This document shows positions 49,030 through 57,514 of a stretch of 64,000 nucleotides of DNA, piece by piece (within the stretch, counting starts at the first letter, position 1; each line of letters begins with the position of its first letter). The notes below the pieces were generated by a model, which saw only the letters and a program-made list of their open reading frames with translations, searched no databases and had not been told where the DNA came from. This DNA is from an uncultured cyanobacterium (GTDB lineage Bacteria; Cyanobacteriota; Cyanobacteriia; Pseudanabaenales; Pseudanabaenaceae), in assembly GCA_963703315.1 (NCBI GenBank), contig OY969811.1:3424001-3488000 (forward strand), read 5' to 3'. Made by a program: the position numbers and the translations under genes.

Positions 49030-50421
49030 TCAATAACTGGTTAATTCTGCGCTAGCTGGTGGCTCCTTTGTTGTACCAAATGCAATTCGTAAAAATGGTG
49101 GTGCGAGGAACGTGGTCAAAATCACCATGATGATAATCGCCACTTCTAGAGGTTTGTCGATCGCACCACTAGCCGTACCAATACCAGCAAAGACTAGACC
49201 AACTTCACCACGCGGAACCATACCAATACCGATCGCTAAGCGGTTGACATTAGGTATACCGAAAACCACCCAACCTGTGATCACTTTGCCCACGATCGCC
49301 ACTAACAGCAGGAACACGGCAATCAACAAGCCACTTCGATTTTCAGGAATCATCGGATTGAGGACACTGAGATCGGCTCTAGCACCGACAGTTACAAAGA
49401 ATACGGGTACGAGTAAATCCGCTACAGGTTTAATCAGTTCATCTAACTCATGGCGAGCATCGGTTTCATCTAGCACCAATCCTGCGGCAAAAGCTCCTAA
49501 GATTGCTTCCAGATGGATGGCATTGCCGATAAATGCCATCGCATAGGCAAAGATAAAAGCAGGAATGATGATACTGCCACGAGTTTGGAGTTTATCAACT
49601 ATTGCCACAAAACTTTTGTTAAAAAAGCCACCTAAAAGGATCGCACCAAATAAGAAGGCGATCGCGCTGATTAACAGAATTGCCACATTGGTAATATCAA
49701 CTTCACCTGTTTTCGCCAAACTTGCGACTACTGCTAAAACGATGATCCCTAATACATCATCAATGACAGCCGCACCCACGATGATTTGCCCCTCTTTCGA
49801 TTTTAGCTGACCGATTTCGGCAAGCACCTTAGAAGTAATGCCAATACTGGTTGCCGTGAGTGCCGCCCCTGCAAAAATCGCAGGAATTGCCGCAACATGG
49901 AAAAAGTACATTAGTCCCATTGTCCCTGCCGCAAAGGGAGCCGTCACACCGATAAAAGCAACTACGAAAGCTTGAATGCCGACTTCCTTGAGTTGACGGA
50001 TATCTGACTCTAAACCAATCTCAAACAGAAGGACAATCACGCCCAATTCTGCAATAACAGAAATTACTTCACTTTGTTCTGCAAATATGCTGTTGACGGC
50101 TTCGGGTGACAATTGATTCAACCACTGCAATCCCGACATTACTACAGAGTCCGATGCGGTAAAACCGCCTTCAGGAAAGATGACTAAGCGTAATGCTGAG
50201 ACCCCAATGATTACACCAGCTACTAATTCTCCTAAAACAGGAGGTAAGTCTAGTCGCTTGGCAATTTCACTGCCAATTTTGCTCGCAACGTAAATTAGGA
50301 CTAAGGTGAGCAATACCCCTGAAAGAATTATTGGCGCATTTTCTGACTCGGCAGTAGCAAGTAACGGTTGCGGTATCCGAAGTCCAGATAAATGATGCGC
50401 GATCGCCGCGATCGAAAACAT
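49030..50421 (-). CDS. CPA2 cation:proton antiporter (NhaS3-like)
   Basis: ALTATSIGIT, GAAVIDDVLG, GMVPRGEVG; many transmembrane helices. Confidence 0.93.
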   Translation of the reverse strand: MFSIAAIAHHLSGLRIPQPLLATAESENAPIILSGVLLTLVLIYVASKIGSEIAKRLDLPPVLGELVAGVIIGVSALRLVIFPEGGFTASDSVVMSGLQWLNQLSPEAVNSIFAEQSEVISVIAELGVIVLLFEIGLESDIRQLKEVGIQAFVVAFIGVTAPFAAGTMGLMYFFHVAAIPAIFAGAALTATSIGITSKVLAEIGQLKSKEGQIIVGAAVIDDVLGIIVLAVVASLAKTGEVDITNVAILLISAIAFLFGAILLGGFFNKSFVAIVDKLQTRGSIIIPAFIFAYAMAFIGNAIHLEAILGAFAAGLVLDETDARHELDELIKPVADLLVPVFFVTVGARADLSVLNPMIPENRSGLLIAVFLLLVAIVGKVITGWVVFGIPNVNRLAIGIGMVPRGEVGLVFAGIGTASGAIDKPLEVAIIIMVILTTFLAPPFLRIAFGTTKEPPASAELTSY

Positions 50422-50519
50422 AAACTATTTTCCTTTAGAGATAGGGATACTTCAAAAAACCAGATTTCACATTATTACGGTTTCGGCTATTTGTCTCTAG
50501 TACTGTCAGTTACAGTTTT

Positions 50520-50634
50520 TATAGCAAAGCAAGAGTTGGTTAGTACAAACTAAAACCCAAGAAGCGAGTTGCGGCGCGGAGCGCCGCAACTCGCCTTCTG
50601 GTTTTGTGTCCTAAGCAAAACTTTTTTTGCTATA
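50520..50634. repeat. Family-B MITE-like repeat (115 bp), inverted relative to 4891-5005
   Basis: tatagcaaa...tttgctata termini, GCGGAGC-looped central hairpin. Confidence 0.85.
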
Positions 50635-50817
50635 CAAGAAATTTCTCTGTATCGCTAGCCATAGAACCTCATTAGTTACAACGCTTTGCTCTCAAACCCA
50701 AAACAAGAGATTTGTTTGCTCGAAAATTGCTTTAAAAAAGAGAGTTGCCTCAAGGGGCAACTCTCTTTTAGATATAAATTTAGATATAAAAAAGTGACAG
50801 GATGTGTCACTTTTTTA

Positions 50818-51078
50818 CTAGGCTTGTGGCTTTCCACCAATATCGCCATCACCATCAATATCCTTGCCAGTAGCTGTTTCTAGAGCATCAACAGCTTTAC
50901 CCGCAGAGTCCTTAGCGATCGCTCCAACATCTGTATGTAACACATCAGTAGCTTTTTTCAGGTTCTCTTCACCAACAACGTCTTCAACCTTATCTTTAAC
51001 GGCTTCAGCAATTTCTCCAGCTTTTTGCTGTAAACCACTGACGAATCCGCCAAGCCCTGATTTTTGTTCTTCGCTCAT
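50818..51078 (-). CDS. Small hydrophilic hypothetical protein with C-terminal DxDxDG loop
   Basis: Lys/Asp/Ala-rich helix, KDIDGDGDIG. Confidence 0.7.
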   Translation of the reverse strand: MSEEQKSGLGGFVSGLQQKAGEIAEAVKDKVEDVVGEENLKKATDVLHTDVGAIAKDSAGKAVDALETATGKDIDGDGDIGGKPQA

Positions 51079-51182
51079 TTTGATTTACTCTGTAAAGTAT
51101 TTTGGTTAGCTTGCCCCTCGATTATAACTATGCATTTCTAAAAATTATGTTGTTTGTAACACTCCTTAGTCTTACAACCCTT

Positions 51183-51275
51183 TAAGTAGCTGGGCGCAAT
51201 TAAATATAAAACCCAAAAACCTGTGGCGCACGCTGCGCTTGCACCACAAGTTTTTACTCTGGGTTTTAATTGCGA
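51183..51275. repeat. Degenerate family-A repeat
   Basis: taagtagctgggcgcaattaaatataaaa...tgtggcgcacgc. Confidence 0.7.
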
Positions 51276-51286
51276 CAACTTGAGAA

Positions 51287-51316
51287 TTCATCCATTCGGG
51301 CTTAGGATGCGTATAT
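51287..51316 (+). promoter_or_regulatory. Candidate ECF-sigma promoter 1 (autoregulatory)
   Basis: TTCATCCA-N15-CGTATAT; same architecture at 52803. Confidence 0.75.
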
Positions 51317-51374
51317 ATGCATGAGGCTTGCAAATGTTAATGCTTAAACCCACGACTCTATTTTTCTGTCCCCT

Positions 51375-51962
51375 ATGAAAATTACTGGGAAAATTGCTGA
51401 TCAAGCTGATCAAACAGATGCAGAAATATTGCAAGCTTGGCGATCAGGAAGCAGTCAAGCTTTTGGTGTGTTTTACGATCGCTATGGTGAATTGGTTTAC
51501 CGCGTATCCTTAAGGATTTTGGGTAGTTCTCAAGAAGCTGAGGACTTGACTCAGGAAATTTTTATTTTACTTAGTCGGACTACCACCTATGACAGTAAGC
51601 GTGGGTCGATCGCCACTTTTCTGTCAGTCCTGACCCGATCTAGGGCAATTGACCGTCTGCGTAAAATGCGATCGCAACAGCAACATCTACAAAAATGGGA
51701 ACAAAGTATTTCTTCAGAACCTGACCTTAAAAACTCATCGCTCATGGAAAATGCGTCACTTGCCGAACGCTCCGAAAAAGTAAAAGCAGCGTTAGCAAAT
51801 TTGCCTGATAAGCATCGTCAAGTTTTAGAGATGGCATATTTTGATGGACTCAGCCAATCGGAAATTGCTAAAGCTCTAGATACGCCTCTGGGAACGGTCA
51901 AATCTTGGGCGCGAAATGGATTGATTCGATTGAGAGAAAGTTTGCAGGATTCGCTGGAATAA
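51375..51962 (+). CDS. ECF sigma factor (SigK-like)
   Basis: EAEDLTQEIF, RSRAIDRLR, region 4 AYFDGLSQSEIA...PLGTVKS. Confidence 0.95.
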   Translation: MKITGKIADQADQTDAEILQAWRSGSSQAFGVFYDRYGELVYRVSLRILGSSQEAEDLTQEIFILLSRTTTYDSKRGSIATFLSVLTRSRAIDRLRKMRSQQQHLQKWEQSISSEPDLKNSSLMENASLAERSEKVKAALANLPDKHRQVLEMAYFDGLSQSEIAKALDTPLGTVKSWARNGLIRLRESLQDSLE

Positions 51963-51964
51963 TT

Positions 51965-52762
51965 ATGAAAAATGATCAGTATCCCCAAGCATGGGAAGAA
52001 CTATTAGCAGGTTATGTTCTTGGTGATTTAGAAACTGAAGAGATCACCGAGATGCATCAAATTATTGCGGAACACCCCGAAATAATTAAAGAGATTGATA
52101 GCTTACAAGAGACGTTAGCACTACTTCCCCTTGGTTTAAATGAGAGTTATCCTGCTGAAGATCTACGCGATCGCATTGCGGCAGCAGCTATGCCGATAAA
52201 TGAAGATCTATTAGCTGATTCATTAGATCCAGCCCTAAATTTAGCAGTACCAAAAGTTAAGCGATCGCCAAGTCTGCAAAAATTATGGAAATTTGGATGG
52301 ATTGGTTTTGGGACTATTGGGGCGATCGCTCTGGTTGGATTAGGTTTTGATAATTACCAAATGCGTCAACAAATCGCCACTAATCAAATAGAACTGCAAA
52401 AATATCGTCAAACCATTGCGATGTTGCAGGGGGCGGATAATCGGATGATCTCCCTTAAAGGTATGGGCGCAATTCCTGCGGCTTCTGGCAGTGTGATGAT
52501 TGCACCTACTGAAAAAACAGCAATGATTAGTATTCAGAACCTCATGCCAATTCCCCAAGAAAATAGCTATCGACTTTGGGCGATCGTGGATGGCAAGAAA
52601 GTAGATTGTGCTAAGTTTCGACCTGATGATCAAGGTAAAGTATTTCTCAAAGTGCCATTAGCAAGCGCTCTCAAGCAATCTACCACCTTAATCATCACCA
52701 TTGAACCCAACAAAGATATGCCAGAACCCACTGGCGAAATGGTCATGAAAGGAGAAGTGTAG
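51965..52762 (+). CDS. Anti-sigma factor (RskA-like)
   Basis: LLAGYVLGDL N-terminal ASD, one transmembrane helix, YRLWAI...ITIEP...PTG. Confidence 0.9.
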   Translation: MKNDQYPQAWEELLAGYVLGDLETEEITEMHQIIAEHPEIIKEIDSLQETLALLPLGLNESYPAEDLRDRIAAAAMPINEDLLADSLDPALNLAVPKVKRSPSLQKLWKFGWIGFGTIGAIALVGLGFDNYQMRQQIATNQIELQKYRQTIAMLQGADNRMISLKGMGAIPAASGSVMIAPTEKTAMISIQNLMPIPQENSYRLWAIVDGKKVDCAKFRPDDQGKVFLKVPLASALKQSTTLIITIEPNKDMPEPTGEMVMKGEV

Positions 52763-52802
52763 CAATTAGAGATAGATGCAAAGCATCTATCTCTAAAATT
52801 AT

Positions 52803-52832
52803 TTCATCCAATTTACTAGCTCATTCGTATAT
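52803..52832 (+). promoter_or_regulatory. Candidate ECF-sigma promoter 2
   Basis: TTCATCCA-N15-CGTATAT upstream of the Met-rich lipoprotein operon. Confidence 0.75.
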
Positions 52833-52894
52833 CCAATAAGTGAACCCTGAACAGGTTACTTCCCATTAATGTTTTGGAAAGAGAGCTTATAACG

Positions 52895-53320
52895 ATGAAC
52901 TATAGAATTCTTGGACTGATTGCTGGTTTGACTCTTACTGCTGGAATTGTTTCATGTAGCGCAACATCAACTCCTACTCAGCAAACAACTCCCGCCACTC
53001 AATCCACAGCTAAACCTGCTGATGCGATGAAAAGCGATGCCATGAAAAATGATGCCATGAAAAGCGATAAACCTGCGGATGCCATGAAAAGCGATGCCAT
53101 GAAAGATAAAACTGGCGATGCCATGAAAAGCGATGCTATGAAGAGTGACAAGCCTGCTGACGCAATGAAAAGTGACGCAATGAAAGGCGATGCGATGAAA
53201 AGTGACGCAATGAAAGGTGATGCAATGAAGAATGACGCAATGAAGAATGACAAGCCTGCGGATGCCATGAAAAACGATGCGATGAAAAGCGACAAACCTG
53301 CCGATGCGATGAAGCAATAG
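52895..53320 (+). CDS. Methionine-rich pentapeptide (MXKDX-type, DAMK[S/N/G/D]) repeat lipoprotein
   Basis: Lipobox IVSC followed by ~16 DAMK repeats. Confidence 0.85.
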   Translation: MNYRILGLIAGLTLTAGIVSCSATSTPTQQTTPATQSTAKPADAMKSDAMKNDAMKSDKPADAMKSDAMKDKTGDAMKSDAMKSDKPADAMKSDAMKGDAMKSDAMKGDAMKNDAMKNDKPADAMKNDAMKSDKPADAMKQ

Positions 53321-53409
53321 TTTTGTCAAAATTCCGAGGCAATGAATTTTGATAGTCAATTACTCAAAATTCATTGCCATAATAATTGTCATTTTATAGA
53401 GAGTCTACA

Positions 53410-54057
53410 ATGGATAGAAATTTGCTAAGTCGTCGTCGATTGATGACTTATATGGGATTGGGAACATTAGGAATTGGTAGTGCGGCGATCGCTACTCAAT
53501 TAGGTTCCACCAAAACATCTAACCTCATAACTTCTGCTATTTCTCCACAGACAACTCCTAATTCTGAACTTCCTAAATCCACTAATTCTGAAATCCCATC
53601 TGTGGCTCAAAATTCTCAATCAAGCAGTCAAAAATTACCAGAATTTCAAGGGATTTCCCAATGGTTAAATTCTGCTCCATTATCTATTGCAGACTTAAAG
53701 GGAAATGTAGTCATGGTTCAATTCTGGACTTTTGGTTGCATTAACTGTCAGCGTACATTGCCATATATGACGCGCTGGCATGAGCAGTATGCCGCCAAAG
53801 GATTGAAGATTATTGGTGTGCATACTCCAGAATTTGCTTTTGAGCGCGATGTCAATAATATCAAAGATGCCATGCAGAAACATGGTATTAATTATGCAGT
53901 CGCCCTTGATAATGAGTTTAAAACTTGGAAAGCGTACAAAAATGAGTACTGGCCGCACCTGTTTTTAGCCGATCGCCAAGGTAATCTTGTATACGATCAT
54001 ATTGGCGAAGGGGCTTATGCCAAAACTGAACAATTGATTCAAAAATTACTGGGATAA
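53410..54057 (+). CDS. Tat-exported thioredoxin-like protein (DipZ/redoxin type)
   Basis: SRRRLM Tat motif, FWTFGCINC, GVHTPEF, YWP. Confidence 0.9.
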   Translation: MDRNLLSRRRLMTYMGLGTLGIGSAAIATQLGSTKTSNLITSAISPQTTPNSELPKSTNSEIPSVAQNSQSSSQKLPEFQGISQWLNSAPLSIADLKGNVVMVQFWTFGCINCQRTLPYMTRWHEQYAAKGLKIIGVHTPEFAFERDVNNIKDAMQKHGINYAVALDNEFKTWKAYKNEYWPHLFLADRQGNLVYDHIGEGAYAKTEQLIQKLLG

Positions 54058-54062
54058 GTGCG

Positions 54063-54752
54063 ATGGGAATCTCTCCTCTAGGGATTATTTTAGCGATATC
54101 AGGTGGCTTGCTAACTGCATTTTCGCCCTGTGTATTACCAATTTTGCCAATTCTAATCGGGCGATCGCTACAGACTCATCGTTATGGACCAGTTGCACTT
54201 GTCTCAGGAACTATCAGTGGTTTTACGATCGCAGGTAGTTTATTGGGCATCGCTAGCCTTTGGTTAGTTGACTTAGCTAATTTTATGCGAGTTTTCGCGA
54301 TCGCGCTTTTGCTAATCCTCGGATTGTTATCCATATTCCCTAAGTTAAGTTATTTTTTGTTAGCGAAGTTACCACTTCCCAAATTTAAAGAACCTGTACG
54401 CATCAATTTAGCGGGTGAATTTCTGCTAGGTTCTCAACTGGGTCTATTATGGACTCCCTGTGCGGGACCCGTATTAGGTAGCATCTTAGTCCTAGCCGCC
54501 GCCGATCAGCAAATTTTGAGTGCTTTTATTTTGCTGATGTTTTACGGCGTTGGGGCGGGTATACCGATGTTATTGATTGCTTATACTAGTCGATATTTTA
54601 GTAAGTCTTTCTTGCGACTACGCGCTCATAGTCTGCTTTTACAAAAAATTGGTGGCGTGATGATATCTATGACCGCGATCGCCATTATTCTCGGATGGGA
54701 TGTCAAAATTCAACTTTGGCTAGCACCATTCTTTCCTGAGTTGCCATTATGA
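54063..54752 (+). CDS. ccdA: CcdA/DsbD-family transmembrane electron transporter
   Basis: FSPCVLPILP and WTPCAGPVLG. Confidence 0.9.
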   Translation: MGISPLGIILAISGGLLTAFSPCVLPILPILIGRSLQTHRYGPVALVSGTISGFTIAGSLLGIASLWLVDLANFMRVFAIALLLILGLLSIFPKLSYFLLAKLPLPKFKEPVRINLAGEFLLGSQLGLLWTPCAGPVLGSILVLAAADQQILSAFILLMFYGVGAGIPMLLIAYTSRYFSKSFLRLRAHSLLLQKIGGVMISMTAIAIILGWDVKIQLWLAPFFPELPL

Positions 54753-54771
54753 ACTTACATTAATTAAACCT

Positions 54772-55371
54772 ATGAGTACCCAATCTGCAAAGCCAAAATC
54801 GCCTCCTGCTCCCAAGCAAGCGATATTTATTAAAGCATTCCATTCCATCAATCTCATCGCTCTAGTTTTGATGACAGCTAGCGGACTCCAAATCTACAAT
54901 GCTAATCCTGTCTTTGGTGGTCGTGCGGGTTGGCGTTTCCCCAAGGAATTACTCTTAGGTGGGTGGTTAGGTGCAGGTAGAAATTGGCACTTTGCTTCGA
55001 TGTGGGTATTTTCCATGAGCTTACTGATCTATGGAATATATATCTTCCTCACCCGCCGATGGAAGCATCGATTTGCTTCTGAAAAAGATATTCAAGCACT
55101 GCAAGCCAAAAATCCTAAACGGAAGAACTATGCTTGGCATCGGCTGGCTTATACGGCGATTATTCCCATTTTACTCTTAGCAATTCTCTCTGGTTTATGT
55201 ATGTATAAACCTGTGCAGTTTGCATGGATTTCAGGATTATTCGGTAACTGGCAAAATCTCCGTGTTGCTCATTTTTTGACAATTCCAATAGTGCTGATTT
55301 TTGCGATCGCGCATATATTTCTATCGTTTAGAGTGGGTGGGTTGAAAATGATTCGCTCCATGTTTATTTAG
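54772..55371 (+). CDS. Cytochrome b subunit (MsrQ-like role)
   Basis: Four transmembrane helices with His ligands (FHSIN, WHFASM, AHFL, AHIF); adjacent to the Mo enzyme. Confidence 0.85.
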   Translation: MSTQSAKPKSPPAPKQAIFIKAFHSINLIALVLMTASGLQIYNANPVFGGRAGWRFPKELLLGGWLGAGRNWHFASMWVFSMSLLIYGIYIFLTRRWKHRFASEKDIQALQAKNPKRKNYAWHRLAYTAIIPILLLAILSGLCMYKPVQFAWISGLFGNWQNLRVAHFLTIPIVLIFAIAHIFLSFRVGGLKMIRSMFI

Positions 55372-55388
55372 TTATAGAGATTACAACA

Positions 55389-56165
55389 ATGCAATTTGAT
55401 AAAAAGCACTTTGATCAACATCTGCACCGTCGGTTTTCGCGTCGTCAACTGATGCAATATGCCAGCTTGTCAGGCATGGGCTTATTTTTAGGAAGTTGCT
55501 CTAGTGATGCTAGTAGAGTCAGTCCTATTTTTAAGCCACTCAATCAACAATCAGACAAGGTAAGAGCTTTATTTGAACCTCTTAATCAAAGTATTGAAGA
55601 ATTAATCTTTCAAGCGAAAACCCCTGCACCTGAATATCCTATTAGTGCGATCGAGCCTGAGGCATTACTGATTAATTCCTTTGATACCACACCTGTGATT
55701 GATCCTAATTCATTTAAATTAATTGTTGATGGTGCGGTGGAGCATCCCATGCAATTGAGTATGAAGGACATTCAATCACTCCCATTAACTTCGATGGTGA
55801 TTCGTCATGTGTGTGTAGAAGGTTGGGCGGCGATCGTGCAGTGGGGAGGCTTACGGCTATACGATTTAGCGAAGTTAGTCCAGCCCAAAGCAGGAGCGCG
55901 TTATGTCTATTTTGAATCTGCTGATAAGTATTATGAGAGTTGGGATATTGCTTCGGCTTTGCATCCACAAACTTTACTCGCTTATCAAAAAAATGGTCAG
56001 CCGCTACCAGTTGAGAATGGCGCACCGATCCGTTTAGCTTCTCCAATTAAGCTTGGCTATAAGCAATCAAAATGGGTAGTTCGCGTTACCTTCACTAATG
56101 AGCTAGCCCAAAAGCGGCGTGGTTATTGGGTAGATGAGGGTTATGAATGGTTTGCAGGATTATGA
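55389..56165 (+). CDS. Tat-exported molybdopterin oxidoreductase (sulfite oxidase family, MsrP-like)
   Basis: SRRQLM Tat motif plus LGSC lipobox, HVCVEGW, GAPIRL...KLGYKQSKW, GYW. Confidence 0.9.
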   Translation: MQFDKKHFDQHLHRRFSRRQLMQYASLSGMGLFLGSCSSDASRVSPIFKPLNQQSDKVRALFEPLNQSIEELIFQAKTPAPEYPISAIEPEALLINSFDTTPVIDPNSFKLIVDGAVEHPMQLSMKDIQSLPLTSMVIRHVCVEGWAAIVQWGGLRLYDLAKLVQPKAGARYVYFESADKYYESWDIASALHPQTLLAYQKNGQPLPVENGAPIRLASPIKLGYKQSKWVVRVTFTNELAQKRRGYWVDEGYEWFAGL

Positions 56166-56305
56166 GGCGGCACAAAACTTTGCCTCATAATTTTAAAAAG
56201 TTGAGTGTAATGTATCTATCAAGCTTTGGAAAGAAGAATTACAATTGAGACGCATCAGATTGTAAATAATCAAATTCATCGCTGTGCGATAGGTAAAATG
56301 CAACT

Positions 56306-57379
56306 ATGCTAAAACTCTTTAATTCATCTCAGACTAAGATTGTCCAAGCCGTAAACTCCCTGAGTCAATATGGAGTTAGCGCAACGGAGCAAGAGCATTT
56401 TATTGATTTTTTACAGACTCCAGATAGCCGATCGCTTTATCATACAAATCCGCGCCTAATTGCGGAGCAGCTAAAACTCTCAGAGCGCGATACTTTAAAA
56501 TTATTAGTAATTGCGCTTAAGGAAGGAATTGTGACTTTGAACTGGGATATTCAATGTCCAGCCTGTCAAGGAGTTGATTTTGCGGCAACCCAATTAGGAA
56601 AGTTAAGGACATTTCATATTTGCCCAGTCTGTCATCATAAGCATGAGTCCGATGCCGATCATCAGGTGCGCGTTACCTTTAGTATTGACGAAAGATTGCG
56701 ATCGCTACCAAAGGAAGCCAATGATCCTGAATTTCGGAAGCAGATTGATGCGAAGTATGGTGTGGTGTCAGGACATCGCCTGTTAACTTTGCAGATATTT
56801 CGTGAACTATTTCCTCGCGAAACCATACCGCCTAATGAAAGTTTACTAATTCGGCAAGTCACGATTCTATTTACTGATCTAGCTGGCTCAACCGCGCTCT
56901 ATAGTCAGAGAGGTGATTCTCAAGCCTATGGTTTAGTGCGTCAACATTTCAATCTTCTCTTTGAAATTGTCGATCAGCATAATGGAGCCGTCATCAAAAC
57001 CATTGGTGACGCGATTATGGCAAGTTTTACATCGCCTGATGATGGACTCAAAGCAGCGATCGCCATGCAATCAAGAATGCAGGAATTTAATCGTAGTCTT
57101 AAATCTTTAGAACAGGAACTAATTCTCAAAGTGGGAGTGCATACAGGTGCTTGCATTAGTGTTAATCTCAACGATCGCTCGGACTACTTTGGTACAACGG
57201 TCAACACCGCCGCACGAGTGCAAGGATTAAGTCAAGGTAATGACATTGTATTTACTGAATCTTTGCGAAGTAAGGCTATGGCGATCACGGCGATCAAACA
57301 TTCTATTTGCGAAGAGAGTTCTGTAATTTTAAAAGGTTTGAGTGAACCCATATCTGTTTTTCGGGTGCGCGGGAATTAA
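56306..57379 (+). CDS. Class III adenylate cyclase with N-terminal Cys-rich (DUF5939-like) domain
   Basis: FTDLAGST, KTIGDAIMA, DYFGTTVNTAAR; CPAC and CPVC motifs. Confidence 0.9.
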   Translation: MLKLFNSSQTKIVQAVNSLSQYGVSATEQEHFIDFLQTPDSRSLYHTNPRLIAEQLKLSERDTLKLLVIALKEGIVTLNWDIQCPACQGVDFAATQLGKLRTFHICPVCHHKHESDADHQVRVTFSIDERLRSLPKEANDPEFRKQIDAKYGVVSGHRLLTLQIFRELFPRETIPPNESLLIRQVTILFTDLAGSTALYSQRGDSQAYGLVRQHFNLLFEIVDQHNGAVIKTIGDAIMASFTSPDDGLKAAIAMQSRMQEFNRSLKSLEQELILKVGVHTGACISVNLNDRSDYFGTTVNTAARVQGLSQGNDIVFTESLRSKAMAITAIKHSICEESSVILKGLSEPISVFRVRGN

Positions 57380-57483
57380 TAAGTAGCTAGGCATAAGTAA
57401 ACTTAAAACCTAGAAGCTTGTGCCGCCCGCTACGCGGGCGGCACAAGCTCTGGTTTTGGTTTTTAACTATGCTGAGCTACTTA
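57380..57483. repeat. Family-A MITE-like repeat, inverted copy of 4703-4806
   Basis: 104 bp; flanks are the near-exact reverse complement of the 4.7 kb copy. Confidence 0.88.
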
Positions 57484-57514
57484 CAGAGAGTTGCGCTTTG
57501 CTGCAACTCTCTAG

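Noticed and set aside
52967..53359. Antisense ORFs with His- or Phe/Met-rich periodic sequence
   Set aside because: Shadows of the 15-bp coding repeat of the DAMK lipoprotein on the opposite strand
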